Below the pieces are notes generated by a model that did not search any database, had not been told where the DNA came from, and worked only from the letters and a program-made list of their open reading frames with translations. From positions 186,001-250,000 of the forward strand of contig NW_020846166.1 of NCBI RefSeq assembly GCF_003704095.1: 64,000 bases of DNA, read 5' to 3'. The translations under genes were made by a program, and so were the position numbers. Origin of the DNA: Pocillopora damicornis. Its lineage: Eukaryota. Of this stretch, positions 26,573 through 37,390 are shown piece after piece; the first letter of the stretch is position 1; each line of letters begins with the position of its first letter.

Positions 26573-28497
26573 ACTCAACCTTATTCGATGGCTCAACATA
26601 AAACAAGTGCGGACATTTTGCGCCGGAGTTGTGCAGTATTTTTGTAATAGAAATAAAGAAACGGCACAAACGAATGAAAAAAAAGAATGGAAGAAAGGGA
26701 GGAAGAGAGAAAAACAAAGAAGAGACCGTCATATACATGCATTTTGCCATGTTTCTTGCTCAAACCTTACGCGCCATTCGGTCTAACCTATAGATTTGGA
26801 TTAGGCGCCTGGGTGTTTTTGAGCCTTAACGGTATTCTTCAAATGGAGAGATAATTCATCAGTTTTTGAAACACTTATTGACTTACAGCCTGAAGAAATC
26901 CGGCTTCTTCTTTAATTTTCCAAACTCTTTGTTAGATGGAGATAGGTATGTAACCGTCGAAACACATGTGCCAGTCTTCCTTTCGTTTACTTTCATCAAT
27001 TTATCCTACTTGAAATTAGGCAGCGAAAGTGCCTAACTCTGTTTCCTTGGGTATGATTATAAAAATCAGAAAGATCATAAGGTACTGAAGAATTTCATAA
27101 ATTTTTCCATTCATAATGTCGTTGGCACGAATTCAACGCAAGCTTCTAAATAATTCGGGTGGAGTTTGACATGATGACCCATAAAAAGTAAGTGATGTAA
27201 TCTCCAATTGAAGGTACATACTAAACATGAAAAAAATTTTTTGGACCATATTGTTTAACTTGCCGATTTTACTGCGGTTTGCGTCGTGCCAATGGTTAAA
27301 TTTACGATTTTTTCTTCCGGGAACATTCTTGCATTTCAATTTCGTTTACTTTATTTGATTGAGTGGTGTTTGTAGAGCTTTCTTGACCAATAAAGAAGAC
27401 CTAAACTGGATACCCTCTAATCAGAAAGTTATTTTTAGAAGAGAATTCAGCTAACTATGGCTCGACGTTGCTCTGAGGCTCCGGCAATTTCAATGTTTTT
27501 TTGACCAGGCTGAATGTCGTTTCATAACAGCGCGGTCAACTCGAAAATCCAAGGATCATGTTTTATTAAATTGGATGGGCGAAATTTGCGGACGATCCCT
27601 TTCAGAGCTTACAACGATCTGTTTACAGCATGAGATTACCTCTAATACCTCTTGCTCTTCACTCGTTCTGAATTTTTGGCGTAGTTCTTCTACAGTTTGA
27701 CCCCGTACCGGTTTGAGTGTCATCCATCTTTACAATGATGTTGTATGTGGAATTTAGCTGGGTGGCGTATAATGTTGAAATGTAAGGTGGCTCTTCGAGA
27801 ATGAAGCATTAAGCGTGCACGGAAAAAATTTCCCAAAATTTCCTTGCGTTGTTTTTCCGGCACAAACTAAACCCTTTCCAGTGTTAAGTGTAATCAGCGT
27901 GTCCGTAATTGATTAATGAAAATTCGCAGATAAGGGTTTTTTCAAATGGTACTACAACATGGTATTTCGACGCACGCTATTCCTACAGCATCTTGTAAGC
28001 CAATAATGATTATTCCGTACGACTGCTTTTTTTTTTTTAACTGAGTCCTTAGAGTCATATAAAACTTTTAATTTTACCTCGGCTTACAGATTGTTTATTG
28101 TTTAATTTTAATCCAGGTTGGAACTATTTTGGGAAGGATATTTTGAAATGATATTCGAAGACAGTTTCTTAGAACCAAATTCATCAAAATGAGTTTTCGG
28201 AAGAGGAAACATTTAAAGGGCGCTTAACAAAAAAATACAGCATAAGAGGGGTTTTTATTCGGTGCAAATATCTCGAAAATATTTGCTGTTTTGTCTCTGG
28301 TTTCTGTCGAAGAGGTGAACATCGCGTGACACTTGAAGCGATCCCTGAATGTAACTAATTGGAATCTTTAATCAGATTACGTAATGCTTGCTAACGACAC
28401 TTAATCTCTTGGACTTGATTTCCGTTTCTTCACCTTTGCAACGAGAAACGCAGTGGTGGCTGCGAGAACAGCGAATGGACCGCTTTATGAAGAGAAG
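22815..28497 (-). pseudogene. Putative cryptic antisense multi-exon gene or decaying pseudogene interleaved with the Kazal gene; product unknown
   Basis: Chain of phase-compatible AG/GT-bounded segments (28497-28434, 27727-27640, 27005-26887, 26518-26490, 25277-25142, 25031-25008, 24934-24904). A further segment 23634-23333 has in-frame stops but joins in phase to ORF 23006-22815. No recognisable homology. Confidence 0.35.
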
Positions 28498-30579
28498 CTT
28501 ACGATGACAATGATAGTAAAACATTTATGAAGCGCATTCCCCATATAAATATGTTCTGATGCGCTTTACAACTCTTCGGTTGGGGACTTTGGCTAGACGG
28601 CATTCTGCAGTTTACAATTTTTGAAAGGGAATTTTGCAAATATACCGTCTAACCGTTTGCAGATGTCTTTGCAAAGGCAGCTCATTTTCAGATATTTCAA
28701 GACCCTGAGTGTTGTTCCGTTCTGAGCTCGAGCCATCGATTTTTTGCACGGCAGTACGGCGCTCTACAATCAGAGCTCACCAGGTACCGCTTTCCCAAAT
28801 TCGAACAGAAGAAGCAACAAAACAAAAATAACACTTCAACCTCATCTTGGACAATTCACACCAACAAGAGTAAATTTAGATCCCTTGTAAGACCCATACA
28901 TTAAAACTGATGAGAAAACCTGATGTTGGCAATTTTTACGACGATACATGCATGTATTAGGAAGCAAGTTCTTAATCTCGCAAATACCCATACGCTTCTT
29001 TCTTCTTCTTCTTTAAGATGAAACGGCCACAGCATTAAACTTTATTATGACGGATTACCACATAGGACATGAGTCATAAGGAGTTAAAAATCTCTTGAAA
29101 AAACTGACTTTGATTGCTGACATGATTTCCTAGAAAGTAGGCAGAAGCGTTTCGATTTTGCACTGTACATTCGCTATAGCCACATTTCGCTTTGTTGAGT
29201 TGTTAACTAACAAGCAAGATTTTAAAACCATTCAATTTTCCTGTGTCCTTTCAGCGGTCAAACGCCTGGCACGTGCGAACATTTAAACAGCTGTTTGTCC
29301 TTAGAGGCGGCCTGGCTTTCGAGCGAAACAACTTTTGGCACAAACCAGTCTGCCACAGTCTTATAACAGTCTACAACTTTTTTGATGAAGCTAAAAAAAA
29401 GTAAATCAAAAGAATACCTGTTGAGAAATAAACGTTCCACGTTTTCCTTAAGTTGGTTGCCTTTCGTATGTTTCTATGAACACTTTAATTCATTATCGAA
29501 TATTTTGCTTGACAGCGGGTTATATTTTTCTTGAAAATTTTGAGCGGGAAATTGCGCGCGGCCGGGCAAAATTGACCCATGTGCGCATGCCCCAAGTTTG
29601 ACCGCAGTGTTTGGATGCGACAGTTAAGTTAAAAGGTTTTTTCTGTTTTGACAGTGGTAAATATGTTTTCAATTCATTCCAGCTTTCTCACGGAAACTGC
29701 TGCAATTTTAGAAATTCACATAATTGTTTTTTATCATTGTTATTTAATTATTTAAAACAATATTTACAAATTTCAGTTATAACATTACTAACATAACTTG
29801 CAAGACTAACACAATTTTCAAAGCTCAAATATGGGTTTTTATAACAAGATATGATATTTTTGCTACTAGCTGCTGTAGTCAGAATGTGTGATTGACGCAA
29901 GTGTTATTGTAAATTTGTTTCAGGTTTTTGTCAAAACTCCAGAAAATTCCTACCTGTTACATCGTGCCCCAGATATTGTCCGACCAGTTCTCGACCCGTG
30001 TGTGGTGCGAATCGTAAAACGTATGAAAGTATCTGTCATTTAGACAGAGTCATTTGTGCATTGCGGAAGGAAAACAATGCTTCTCTCGCTCTGTATTTCT
30101 TTGGAGCATGCAATTCACCGGCCACACAAGAGCCTTGCCCGAAATTGGAAGAGTGCAAATCTGCGCCGAAGAAACCCGTGTGTGGGTCCAATGGAAAAAC
30201 GTACTCAAGTTTATGTCACTTACGTGCCGCAATGTGTCTCGGGAAGAGGCCAAAAGATCAGAGAGCGTGCCATGCCGCTTGCACATTGCTAAATAATCCC
30301 AAGAAATCTCCTGGAAAGAGCCCACAAGAATTAAAGGCGTGCATTGACACTTGTGCATTGCAAAATGCCGATGAGAACCTTAATTTGCATTATTTTGGAG
30401 AATGCAACGCCCCTATTAACCTAAAGCCTTGCCCAAGTAGGCAGGAATGCCGCATACATGGGCCGAGAAAACCCGTATGTGGTTCGAATAGAAGAACATA
30501 TCGGAACTTGTGTATTTTTCGTGCATCATCGTGTCGCAAGACGAAGCCACTTAAGATTTTATATGAAGAGATTTGTTAA
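24565..30579 (+). CDS. Secreted multi-Kazal-domain protein (5 Kazal-type domains, serine protease inhibitor-like), 374 aa
   Basis: Exons 24565-24616 (signal MRKVFSLLCLTAVLHLS), 25980-26396 and 29924-30579, joined by phase-1 GT-AG introns. Five CG(S/A)(D/N)xxxY...C motifs: CGSDNKTY, CGSDGRIY, CGANRKTY, CGSNGKTY, CGSNRRTY. AATAAA follows the stop. Confidence 0.92.
25487..25735 (+). repeat. Interspersed repeat family (core GATTGGTxCxGAAAAxTCGCGCCACTTTCTC...AAAACCAATCGCGAC); other copies at about 46385-46678 and 58130-58385
   Basis: Three clearly similar copies in the window. Confidence 0.75.
29252..29611 (+). mobile_element. MITE-like element, copy 1 (TIR CAGCGGTCAAAC...GTTTGACCGCAG)
   Basis: Terminal inverted repeats; similar to 32011-32423 in the opposite orientation. 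Confidence 0.7.
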
Positions 30580-32010
30580 AAAAAATAATAATAAAATTAA
30601 GAACAGCGGCCAACTTATCTTTTTAAAAAATAACAGTTTACACATATCAATAAACCATTTCTGCGTGTCATAAATTTATCTCAGTAAGGCCAGGCTCAAA
30701 TCCTTTCTTGTGGAAATGCATCAATTTTGCTGTACCCCAGGATTTACGTAATGAGAGACATTCTAATAATTTTAAATCAGTGTTGAAGAGCAATCTCTTT
30801 AGACTTGCTTTTAATTAGATCTTACTTTGTGTAATGTTTATATAAAATTAGTTTTTCATTTGCTTTTAATATGTTAGATATCTGAATTTGCAATATACTC
30901 TTTGATATTTTTTGATAAATTGAAATGTTTTAGTATTTTATGTAATTCGAATTTGATCATATTAATATGTTAGAATTGTGCACTATAAGTATTAAACTAT
31001 TATTATTACTACTATTGTTATTGTTATTATTATATTTAAAGGCTTCACCCATAGCCTTTTTGCAAAAGTAGAGATTTAGGAATCTCGGAAAAGGCTTATT
31101 GCTAATCGTTGTATTCCTAACGATCTAGACCCTCTCAATAACCGTCATTTACGCAAGCAACCTTCTGAGGGCCTTGCCATGAAGGGGGGATTCGAGATGT
31201 CACGATAGCGGTGCTTCAGAAACTTCGATATAAAAATGAACTTCCATTTCGCTCTCGCATGTCGCGATGTTAAGTGCGAAGAGCTTACCTTCTCTATCAA
31301 TGAAAAACTTTCCTTCTGTGGTATAAGGCGAATGTGGCGTCCTTTTAAAAACTAGGAAACATATGGTGATTTTACGTTGCTGTTTGAATAACTGAATTTT
31401 AATTTGAAGTTTATTCTCCATTTTACAGAGTTTAAAATAAGATATAAATATATCAGTCTTGATCGCACTACGTAACATCACCTAAAATCCCGGAAGTAAG
31501 CCCCTGAATTCTTGCTTGTTCCTAATGTTCAGAACGAAAAAATGTAACAGGAAAGTCCGTGAAGGGTAAAACGTTCTAAATTTTTGCAAAACCATAAAAT
31601 TCAATGACGTTTCATGACTTTTTTCAGGACACCTTAAACGTTTTTACCACCTTAGATGAAGAAGTCGGTTTCAAAACGCCACAACGTTCTTTCTTCTTTT
31701 ATTTGCTATTCTAAAAAAGTACCATTTTCAATCATTTTTCACGACTCTATACGACCTACACAAACTTCATAGAAAAAACACGGGGGAGGGGGAGCTTTTT
31801 AGTCAATATCACCCCTTTTACTTACACCCCCCACGCACCCCCTGAACAGCCGTGACATCCAGAATTATAAAGTTCTTTCCTTTCAAGAATTTCTTTCTCT
31901 AGGACAAATATTTAATTCCATTGATAAATTTTGCTCCTATAATGTGAGCCCTTAAAAGTCAGAAGGCCATGGGCTTACTTTCCGAAATTTAGACTATATA
32001 CTTGAGGATG

Positions 32011-32423
32011 AACACAGCGGTGAAACGTCCGGCATGCGCAGTGGGATCAAATCGGCCCGGCCACACGCTAATTTCCCGCGCTAAACATCAAAGGAAGACA
32101 TAAGAAACACTTACCGTCTCGCAAAAGAGACAAAAGAAAATTGAAAGGTTCACAGAAATTTTTCAAAAGAAACAAAAGAAGGGAAAAGCAGTACTTGAGA
32201 CTGTACGGACTTAAGCTTTCTCAAGTACGGGTATCCTGCTGATTAACTATTTTGTTTTGAGTTTTACCGAAAAAGTTATACGTTTTTTAAACACCATGAC
32301 GTGGTAGTTCTTATAATTTTTAAATATGTAACTCGAGTGAGACAACTTGGTTCTGACAGCCTGAAAGCACGCCGAGTAGTCATTACAACGCTTGCACATA
32401 TGCAGACGTTTGACCGCTGTGTT
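32011..32423 (-). mobile_element. MITE-like element, copy 2 (TIR AACACAGCGGTGAAACGTC...GACGTTTGACCGCTGTGTT)
   Basis: Near-perfect 19-bp TIRs; internal segment matches 29544-29592 as reverse complement. Confidence 0.75.
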
Positions 32424-32547
32424 TTGAGGTTGTCTTTGTAAAGCATTCGCTTTGCTGTTTACCTCTCCCAGTTAGACTAGAAAGGCAGTACCATTCCTCT
32501 CCCCTTCCCAAATATTGTTTTGACGACTAAATAGAGCCGACAATATG

Positions 32548-32915
32548 GAGTTTAAGAAACAACGACGGCGACGGCGACGCCGTGGACAACGTCGGTTAAA
32601 AAAATGAACTTATATTTGACATACGAATCTCGCGATACTCGAAAGTCATTAAGTTTGTTTCTCGCGGTCAAAACTATCTCGAAACTGAACATGGAACACA
32701 GCGTTAAATTAGACATGGGAATCTAAAAAATTAGGCGTCGCCGTTCACGTTCTCCAGAAAACGCAAAGTTTAGTCATTTCACGATTTTGTTTTGCAGAGA
32801 ACGCAAAGAAATTTACAAAGCTTTACAACACACGTGTACAGCCTTTGTCCTGCTCATGAAACCTTTTGTTTAGTGACGTTCCCGTTACCATTGTCGTTGT
32901 GGTTTTTTTTAAACT
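32548..32915. mobile_element. MITE-like element just downstream of the HisC stop codon
   Basis: TIRs GAGTTTAAGAAACAACGACGGC... / ...GTCGTTGTGGTTTTTTTAAACTC. Confidence 0.65.
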
Positions 32916-32994
32916 CAACTTATCTTTTCTGAGTAGAACTGGCACTAGAATGAACTAAAATGAAAGAGAAAATGCACACAAATTTTATGATGAT

Positions 32995-35900
32995 TCAGAC
33001 CGAACCATTTGGAGCCTCATCCAGCTCTGCTATGGTTTTCTTCAAGGTTTTAAGCAATTCGTCATTTTCCTCTGAGGTCCCAACGGTAATTCTGACACAA
33101 TCTTTGCAGTGGACTTTAGATCCTTGATAGCGAATCACAACACCTTTCTCTGAGGCCATTTTCTTGTAGATTTCATAGGCGTGGTCTATCCTCAGAAAAA
33201 CGAAGTTGCTATCTGATGGAAAAATCTACAAAAAAAGACATGAAAGGAAAAATTAAATCACTTTATGCATCAGTCAGTTCATGGTCGAATATCTGGTTCG
33301 TTAAGCTTTTCACATATTTCAATCCTATCTGTCATTTGTGACCGTAAACTTGGAACTGCACCATGTGAAACCAGAAAACCCATGGGACCTTGCCTGTTCC
33401 AAGCGCTCAGTCAGTAGTAAACAGCGTAATGCAACTCTTGATTGTTAAGCAAATTCTCCTTGCCAGCACCTTGTATAGAGAGTAGTATGGAGAATATGCA
33501 TGATGATGTTAGGGTGTAAGGAGTTAAGAATCTAAATGAAATACAGACATACAGCTGTAGATGTGTTCACTTAATGTTGATGGTATGTATTTGGTTTAGA
33601 TAATTCAATAGTCCATTTCACAGTTGTGTGCTTGATTGCCAAGCCTTTGAATAGGAGTGAGGCTAAGGTTGACCTTGTTAATGATACAAACCTTCCTGCT
33701 TTTCAAATGAAAATTACTTTGTTATCATGCTAACTAGATACAGGTCTCTATCACAGCAAGGTCACCTTCAGCCTCACTCCAAATCAAAGGCTTGGCAACT
33801 AAGTACACAACTGTAAAATGACCAATTAGGTTACATGCACTTGTAACAACCACACCAATTACCTTTCTCACTGTTGGAATTTTTTCCAGCTCTTCAATAA
33901 TCCTTTCTTTCTGTTCAGCAATGCTCTTCACATTAGCCTCCATAAGGTGTACGTTATCTAGTGCTTTGTGAGCTACAGAAGCAGTGAGTTTGCTGATGTT
34001 ATAAGGAAATTTCACTTTGTTGAATATTGCGATGATGTCTTCATGAGCAATGGCCATCCCAAACCTTAAAAGAGAAAAGGAGTAGTGAATTTTTTTGTCT
34101 AATCAAACTCTCCAACCTTAAAAAAAAACTGTGTCAGAATCAGGTAATCTGAATCCTTCAAAACTTTGCAACATTTGACAAACAGGTTCTGCTAAAATGC
34201 ACCATTTAGTTTCTCCTTCGTCTGTTAGTGGCTTGAGTGGAGAAAAAGCCCTCACATGGTATTTCAAAATCTAAGGTGGGATATTAACATCAAAATAAAT
34301 TCTGTAGATTTTTTGTGATAAAAATCTCACCTTATTCCTGCCAAACCAAATGCCTTGGAAAAAGTCTGCAGAATTACTAAGCGAGGATATTTGTCGAGAA
34401 GATAACACAGACTACCACAAGTGCTGAAATCAACATATGCTTCATCAATCACCACTATTCCTTCAAATCTCTCAAGAAGTGCAATAATTCTGTCAGTTGC
34501 CAGAGTGTTGCCTGTTGGGTTGTTTGGGGAACATAAAAAAATCACATGGGTTTGTGGAGTTACTGCATCTACAACCTAAAAAAAATAACGGCCAGAGGTT
34601 AAGTTTATCATCTGTGGCTCAATGTGAAGCTCAGTTAGAACTAGGGCCCAACTGGCATTTGGGAAACATGTCATCAAAGCCTTACCCAGCATCCCCTTTA
34701 CTCCAAAGATCTTATCAGTAATTCTCCTTACTATCTACCATGCAACCCTCATCGTGTTATTTCAGAGAATTTGGTATTGGATCAACTGATCATGATAATC
34801 CCCTAATATATATTTTAATTTATTCAAATCACTTGTCTGCTTGATATTGTATTGAGACTTTAAGGAAGGAAATTGTGTTTTGGTCACTCATGAGAATAAA
34901 AGGGTTAATTTTATTTCTCTGAAATTTCTCCACCGATAGCACTCAACCTGTTATGGTATCATTCATTCATTTGTACGGGAACAATCAAAGGTAATAATAA
35001 AAATGAAACCAGAACTTGGAAAATGAAAAATGAACTGAGAACAATAACAACAACAAAATATTTCAAATAAGTAACTTCCCACTTTTTCAGCCTGAGAGTG
35101 AAAAAGTGAGAGTTTCTGATTACCATCATGTAAACTGAAGTTAAGACTAAATTGCATATATAAATATATACCTCATCAACTGGCAAATGGAACTCTTCTG
35201 TCAGAGGAACTGAAATGACTTGCACATTGTTTATGTCAGCCACAACCTGCGAAAAGGTCTGCTCGTCAACAATCAAGCAACATATGTTTTCATGTCTCAT
35301 GATGAAACAAAATTTAATTAAATTTATTACAAAGTTCTCAGTTTACATAATCCTCAACAGTAGGGCAACAGTAAACGTTTGCAGAAGGAGACAGTAGGAG
35401 AACTGGGCTCTAATTAAGGGTGCTATAATCATTGTGTTTCATCCTTGGACAAGACACTTTACACTCACAGCGTCTCTCTCTCCCTATCCCCCTCTCCATC
35501 CAGGAGGAAAAAAGAGTACTAGTTATTAATATCAGCTACAGTTGGGGGGAAGGGAGGAAGGAGTTAAGGGGGAGGGGGGGAAAGTAGAGGGGAGAGATAG
35601 GAGCCTAACCTGTAATGAACTACCTACCAGTAGCATCCTTCTTGCTAGAGATACTAGGATAAGTTCTGGTAGTATGGGCAGGGCTGTCAACAAGCTTGAA
35701 AGTTGAGGAAGCATAAGAAATACTAGACCAACATGTTATCTTGGTTGCCATGTTGTTTTGACAGAAACACACAAGGCAAGGAACTGAGAACTATCAACTT
35801 CTAATGTTCCTGGTGATCATCAAAAACTTTGTACAAAACCTTTGCACAAATTCTGAATTTATAATTGACTCATACACTTTAACCTAGCTGTTACTGGTAA

Positions 35901-37308
35901 ACTAAAATGAGATGATTTTTAACTAGCACTTATAATAGAATAAAGAGAAAGAAGCTGCGCTAAAAATGACAGATTAGCCAGCAGTTTTGGCTGGCTACCC
36001 GGCAGCTCTTGAGTATGTACCACTTAGCCTGAGTGCTTACTCTTACTACTTTACTGGAAAGGGGAAACTTTTCAAGAGGTTCCTGCAAAAGTTTTTTCAA
36101 TCTTACCTTATACATTCCATATGTAGGTGGGGTGATCAATAGACTTCCCTCACCAGGGGTACAGAATACCCTTACCACCATATCAATTGCTTCATCACTA
36201 CCCACTCCAAGATATATCTGCTCTTTCCTCACCCCCCTGTACTTTGCTATTTTCTCCTTCAAATCAAAGTTGTAGGGGGAGGGGTAACGATTCATGTCAC
36301 CTTCCATTGGAATGCATGATCCATATGAACATTCATTGGCATCCAGGAGAATGCCTGGTATCAGAAAAACAAGGAATGATTTTTGATTAATTCATGTGAT
36401 AGTTAAAGAACATTTTATGTTTTTCTGCCATTTTTATCTTATGAATCATAAGTAAACTGTACTCCTAGCTCACTCTTTTCAGACAAATTTTCATTAGAAA
36501 TAAAATATTGAAAAATGAAAAAAAAAGAAGAGGAAAATGGCTCTAACTCTATAACTCCAACGAGTGATCAAGAGATAATTTATCGTTAAACTGTAAATGC
36601 AAATCATTGGTGCTACAGTTTCATGTAATCTCTATTTAGCTTAACATTCATTTTCTTTCTTCGGATAAGATTTTAATGTAAAATGAGGTTTTAATTTTAA
36701 TTTCTAACTACAACTACATAAAAATAAGGAAACTCTGAATAACTGACTGATCATTTACTGTTCGGAAGAGGATATAAGTCATATAGCTCGTGCAAATGGA
36801 GTGTATTGCGTTACAAGGCGTTACTATTGTAAGGACATCTTCTGTACTCAGTCGTATTGTAAATATACTTTCCTAGGTGAAAGTAAAATGACTAATCACG
36901 AGGATGGCATGGTGAATAAATTACCTTGATTGAGTTGAAACGAAAAGGAGTCACTTGATCTATGAATACTTTACAGGGGGCAGCCATTGATCAATGACGA
37001 TGAAATTGTTTCAAATCTTATCTCCCTCGACAACCGGCAAAAAAAATAAAAACGAGAAGTTTAAAAACCGACGAGTTTAAATGTGCATTTTTCGATCGAA
37101 GCTCAGAGTTCCTGTCTCGCATAACGGTCTCGTAGGTGCATTGTTCTTCATTAGCACAACGTGGTTTGCTCATCTAACAATACTATTTTTAAAATCAGAT
37201 TAAAAGAGAGTTACCGTTATCGTAATCATCCCTTGCACATCTGTAAGGAATCAACTTCAGTATATTTGGTCTCACCAGATTTTGCAAATCAAGCTGTAAA
37301 TGACTCAT
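32995..37308 (-). CDS. hisC: Histidinol-phosphate aminotransferase (PLP-dependent class I/II aminotransferase; fungal His5-like), 364 aa, 6 exons
   Basis: Exons 37308-37215 (LVRPNILKLIPYRCARDDY), 36354-36107 (GILLDANE, NRYP, GVGSDEAID, PPTYGMY), 35246-35172, 34575-34331 (FLCSPNNPTGN, DEAYVDF, TFSKAFGLAGIR with the PLP lysine), 34064-33863 (KVKFPYNIS) and 33225-32995 (SNFVF, VRITVGT). Total 1095 nt, open to TGA, all GT-AG. Confidence 0.95.
33609..33826. mobile_element. Foldback/MITE with long (about 80 bp) imperfect inverted arms in HisC intron 5
   Basis: CATTTCACAGTTGTGTGCTTGATTGCCAAGCCTTTGA... pairs with ...TCAAAGGCTTGGCAACTAAGTACACAACTGTAAAATG. Confidence 0.8.
34692..34908. mobile_element. 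TTAA-CCCTTT...AAAGGG-TTAA (piggyBac-like ends) non-autonomous element family; related copies at about 33440-33527, 40638-40830, 44201-44285, 53810-53987 and 63917-64000
   Basis: Shared termini and internal motifs (CTAATTTCTCC, CCTGAATCAAA, GGTCACGAGAA) recur across the window. Confidence 0.6.
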
Positions 37309-37390
37309 GGTTGGTTTGTTGCTCTTAAGCTCAGTAGGCTACCATCCGCTGAGTCCACAATCTTTTACAGCGGTGTTCACATTAAACAAA
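37309..37390. promoter_or_regulatory. Very short bidirectional promoter/5'UTR interval between hisC and EXOC4
   Basis: Divergent ATGs at 37308 (-) and 37391 (+). A YY1-like CAAAATGGCG overlaps the EXOC4 start. Confidence 0.7.

Noticed and set aside
35540-35600. Functional G-quadruplex in an hisC intron (also 49887-49940 and 59223-59250)
   Set aside because: Poly-G tracts are low-complexity parts of common repeats here, with no evidence of function
32995-37308. hisC as bacterial/fungal contamination or very recent HGT
   Set aside because: It has five spliceosomal introns containing host repeat families and is contiguous with EXOC4, with no gap between them
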